Positions 63,144-64,000 of a stretch of 64,000 nt of DNA are shown here, piece after piece. A program made the translations under genes and the position numbers. This stretch comes from Gammaproteobacteria bacterium (GTDB taxonomy: Bacteria > Pseudomonadota > Gammaproteobacteria > CAJXQU01), in NCBI GenBank assembly GCA_965238175.1, contig CBDEGZ010000003.1:2880001-2944000 (forward strand), written 5' to 3'. Each line of letters begins with the position of its first letter. The stretch's first letter is position 1. The notes below the pieces were generated by a model. That model did no database searches and was not told the DNA's origin. It was given only the letters and a program-made list of their open reading frames with translations.

Positions 63144-64000
63144 TCACATACCTTTTTTCAAGCCTTGTTCACGCATTCGTTCAATTTCGTCGCGCATGCG
63201 TGCAGCATCTTCAAATTCCAAATCACGTGCATGTCGATACATTTGCTCTTCCATCTGTTTGAGTCTTTTCACCAATACTTCTGGAGTCATCGCCATATAG
63301 TCCGCACTATCCTCGGCTACAGCCTTTACACTTCTTTGATCAGACACACTAGTGCGCGCGCCTTCCATAATGTCGGCAACTGCTTTTTTGATCCCTTTGG
63401 GAGTAATACCATGTTCTTGATTAAATTCAGCTTGAACAGTTCTACGCCGTTCAGTTTCATCCATTGCACGTCTCATAGAACCTGTAATGCTATCCGCGTA
63501 AAGAATGGCCTTCCCTTCCAAATGACGAGCAGCACGACCTATCGTCTGAATTAGAGAACGTTCTGATCTCAAGAATCCTTCTTTATCTGCATCCAATATG
63601 GCAACGAGAGAAACTTCGGGTATATCCAATCCTTCTCGTAATAAATTGATCCCAACTAACACATCAAATTTGCCTAAGCGTAAATCACGGATAATTTCTA
63701 CACGTTCAACCGTATCAATATCTGAATGTAGATAACGTACTTTGATCCCATGTTCTCCCATATAATCCGTCAAATCTTCAGACATACGTTTGGTTAAAGT
63801 TGTGACTAATACGCGTTCCTGTTTTTCTACGCGAAGGGTAATTTCAGATAACAGATCATCAACCTGCGAGGCAACCGGCCTTACTTCTACGGGTGGATCT
63901 AACAATCCGGTCGGCCTGACTATCTGTTCAACAACTTGCCCAGACTTTTCATCTTCATAAGCTCCTGGTGTAGCAGAAACAAAAATTGCCTGTGGCGCAA
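63144..64000 (-). CDS. uvrB: Excinuclease ABC subunit B (5' end outside window)
   Basis: [29 protein letters not shown]-terminal [11 protein letters not shown]. Confidence 0.97.
   Translation of the reverse strand, partial: APQAIFVSATPGAYEDEKSGQVVEQIVRPTGLLDPPVEVRPVASQVDDLLSEITLRVEKQERVLVTTLTKRMSEDLTDYMGEHGIKVRYLHSDIDTVERVEIIRDLRLGKFDVLVGINLLREGLDIPEVSLVAILDADKEGFLRSERSLIQTIGRAARHLEGKAILYADSITGSMRRAMDETERRRTVQAEFNQEHGITPKGIKKAVADIMEGARTSVSDQRSVKAVAEDSADYMAMTPEVLVKRLKQMEEQMYRHARDLEFEDAARMRDEIERMREQGLKKGM

Overview
AT-rich gammaproteobacterial chromosomal region, probably from a marine or sediment lineage; family assignments are by eye, with no HMM or BLAST search run. Housekeeping content: tusDCB/dsrEFH-like genes, mpl, pyk, htpX, argG, lysS-prfB (programmed +1 frameshift), glmS, tRNA-Pro, merR-ihfA-pheT-pheS-rplT-rpmI-infC (AUC start)-thrS, tRNA-Val and partial uvrB. 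Accessory content: (i) a DUF692/MNIO RiPP locus of the HvfABC/oxazolin type with two EGKCG-repeat precursors, one with 14 Cys from a perfect 54-bp tandem array and one with an extra C-terminal domain, co-oriented with a protease/7TM-transglutaminase/ATP-grasp trio and a distant DoxX; (ii) an intact IS1111-type (IS110 family) element whose 3' non-coding region contains readable target- and donor-guide loops, inserted in the terminal repeat of a ~210-bp MITE-like element, plus a decayed locus where two related elements hit a similar motif; (iii) an IS481 element inserted into a relic of its own end; (iv) a PEP-CTERM/XrtA-type exopolysaccharide cluster preceded by a consensus sigma-28 promoter and a TGTC-N10-GACA box that recurs upstream of glmS, with a GlrR-like regulator, a stand-alone Hpt and a hybrid kinase between the two boxes. 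The best candidates for undescribed biology are the RNA-guided IS targeting MITE ends, the GlrR-like phosphorelay linking glmS to EPS, and the two-precursor MNIO locus.
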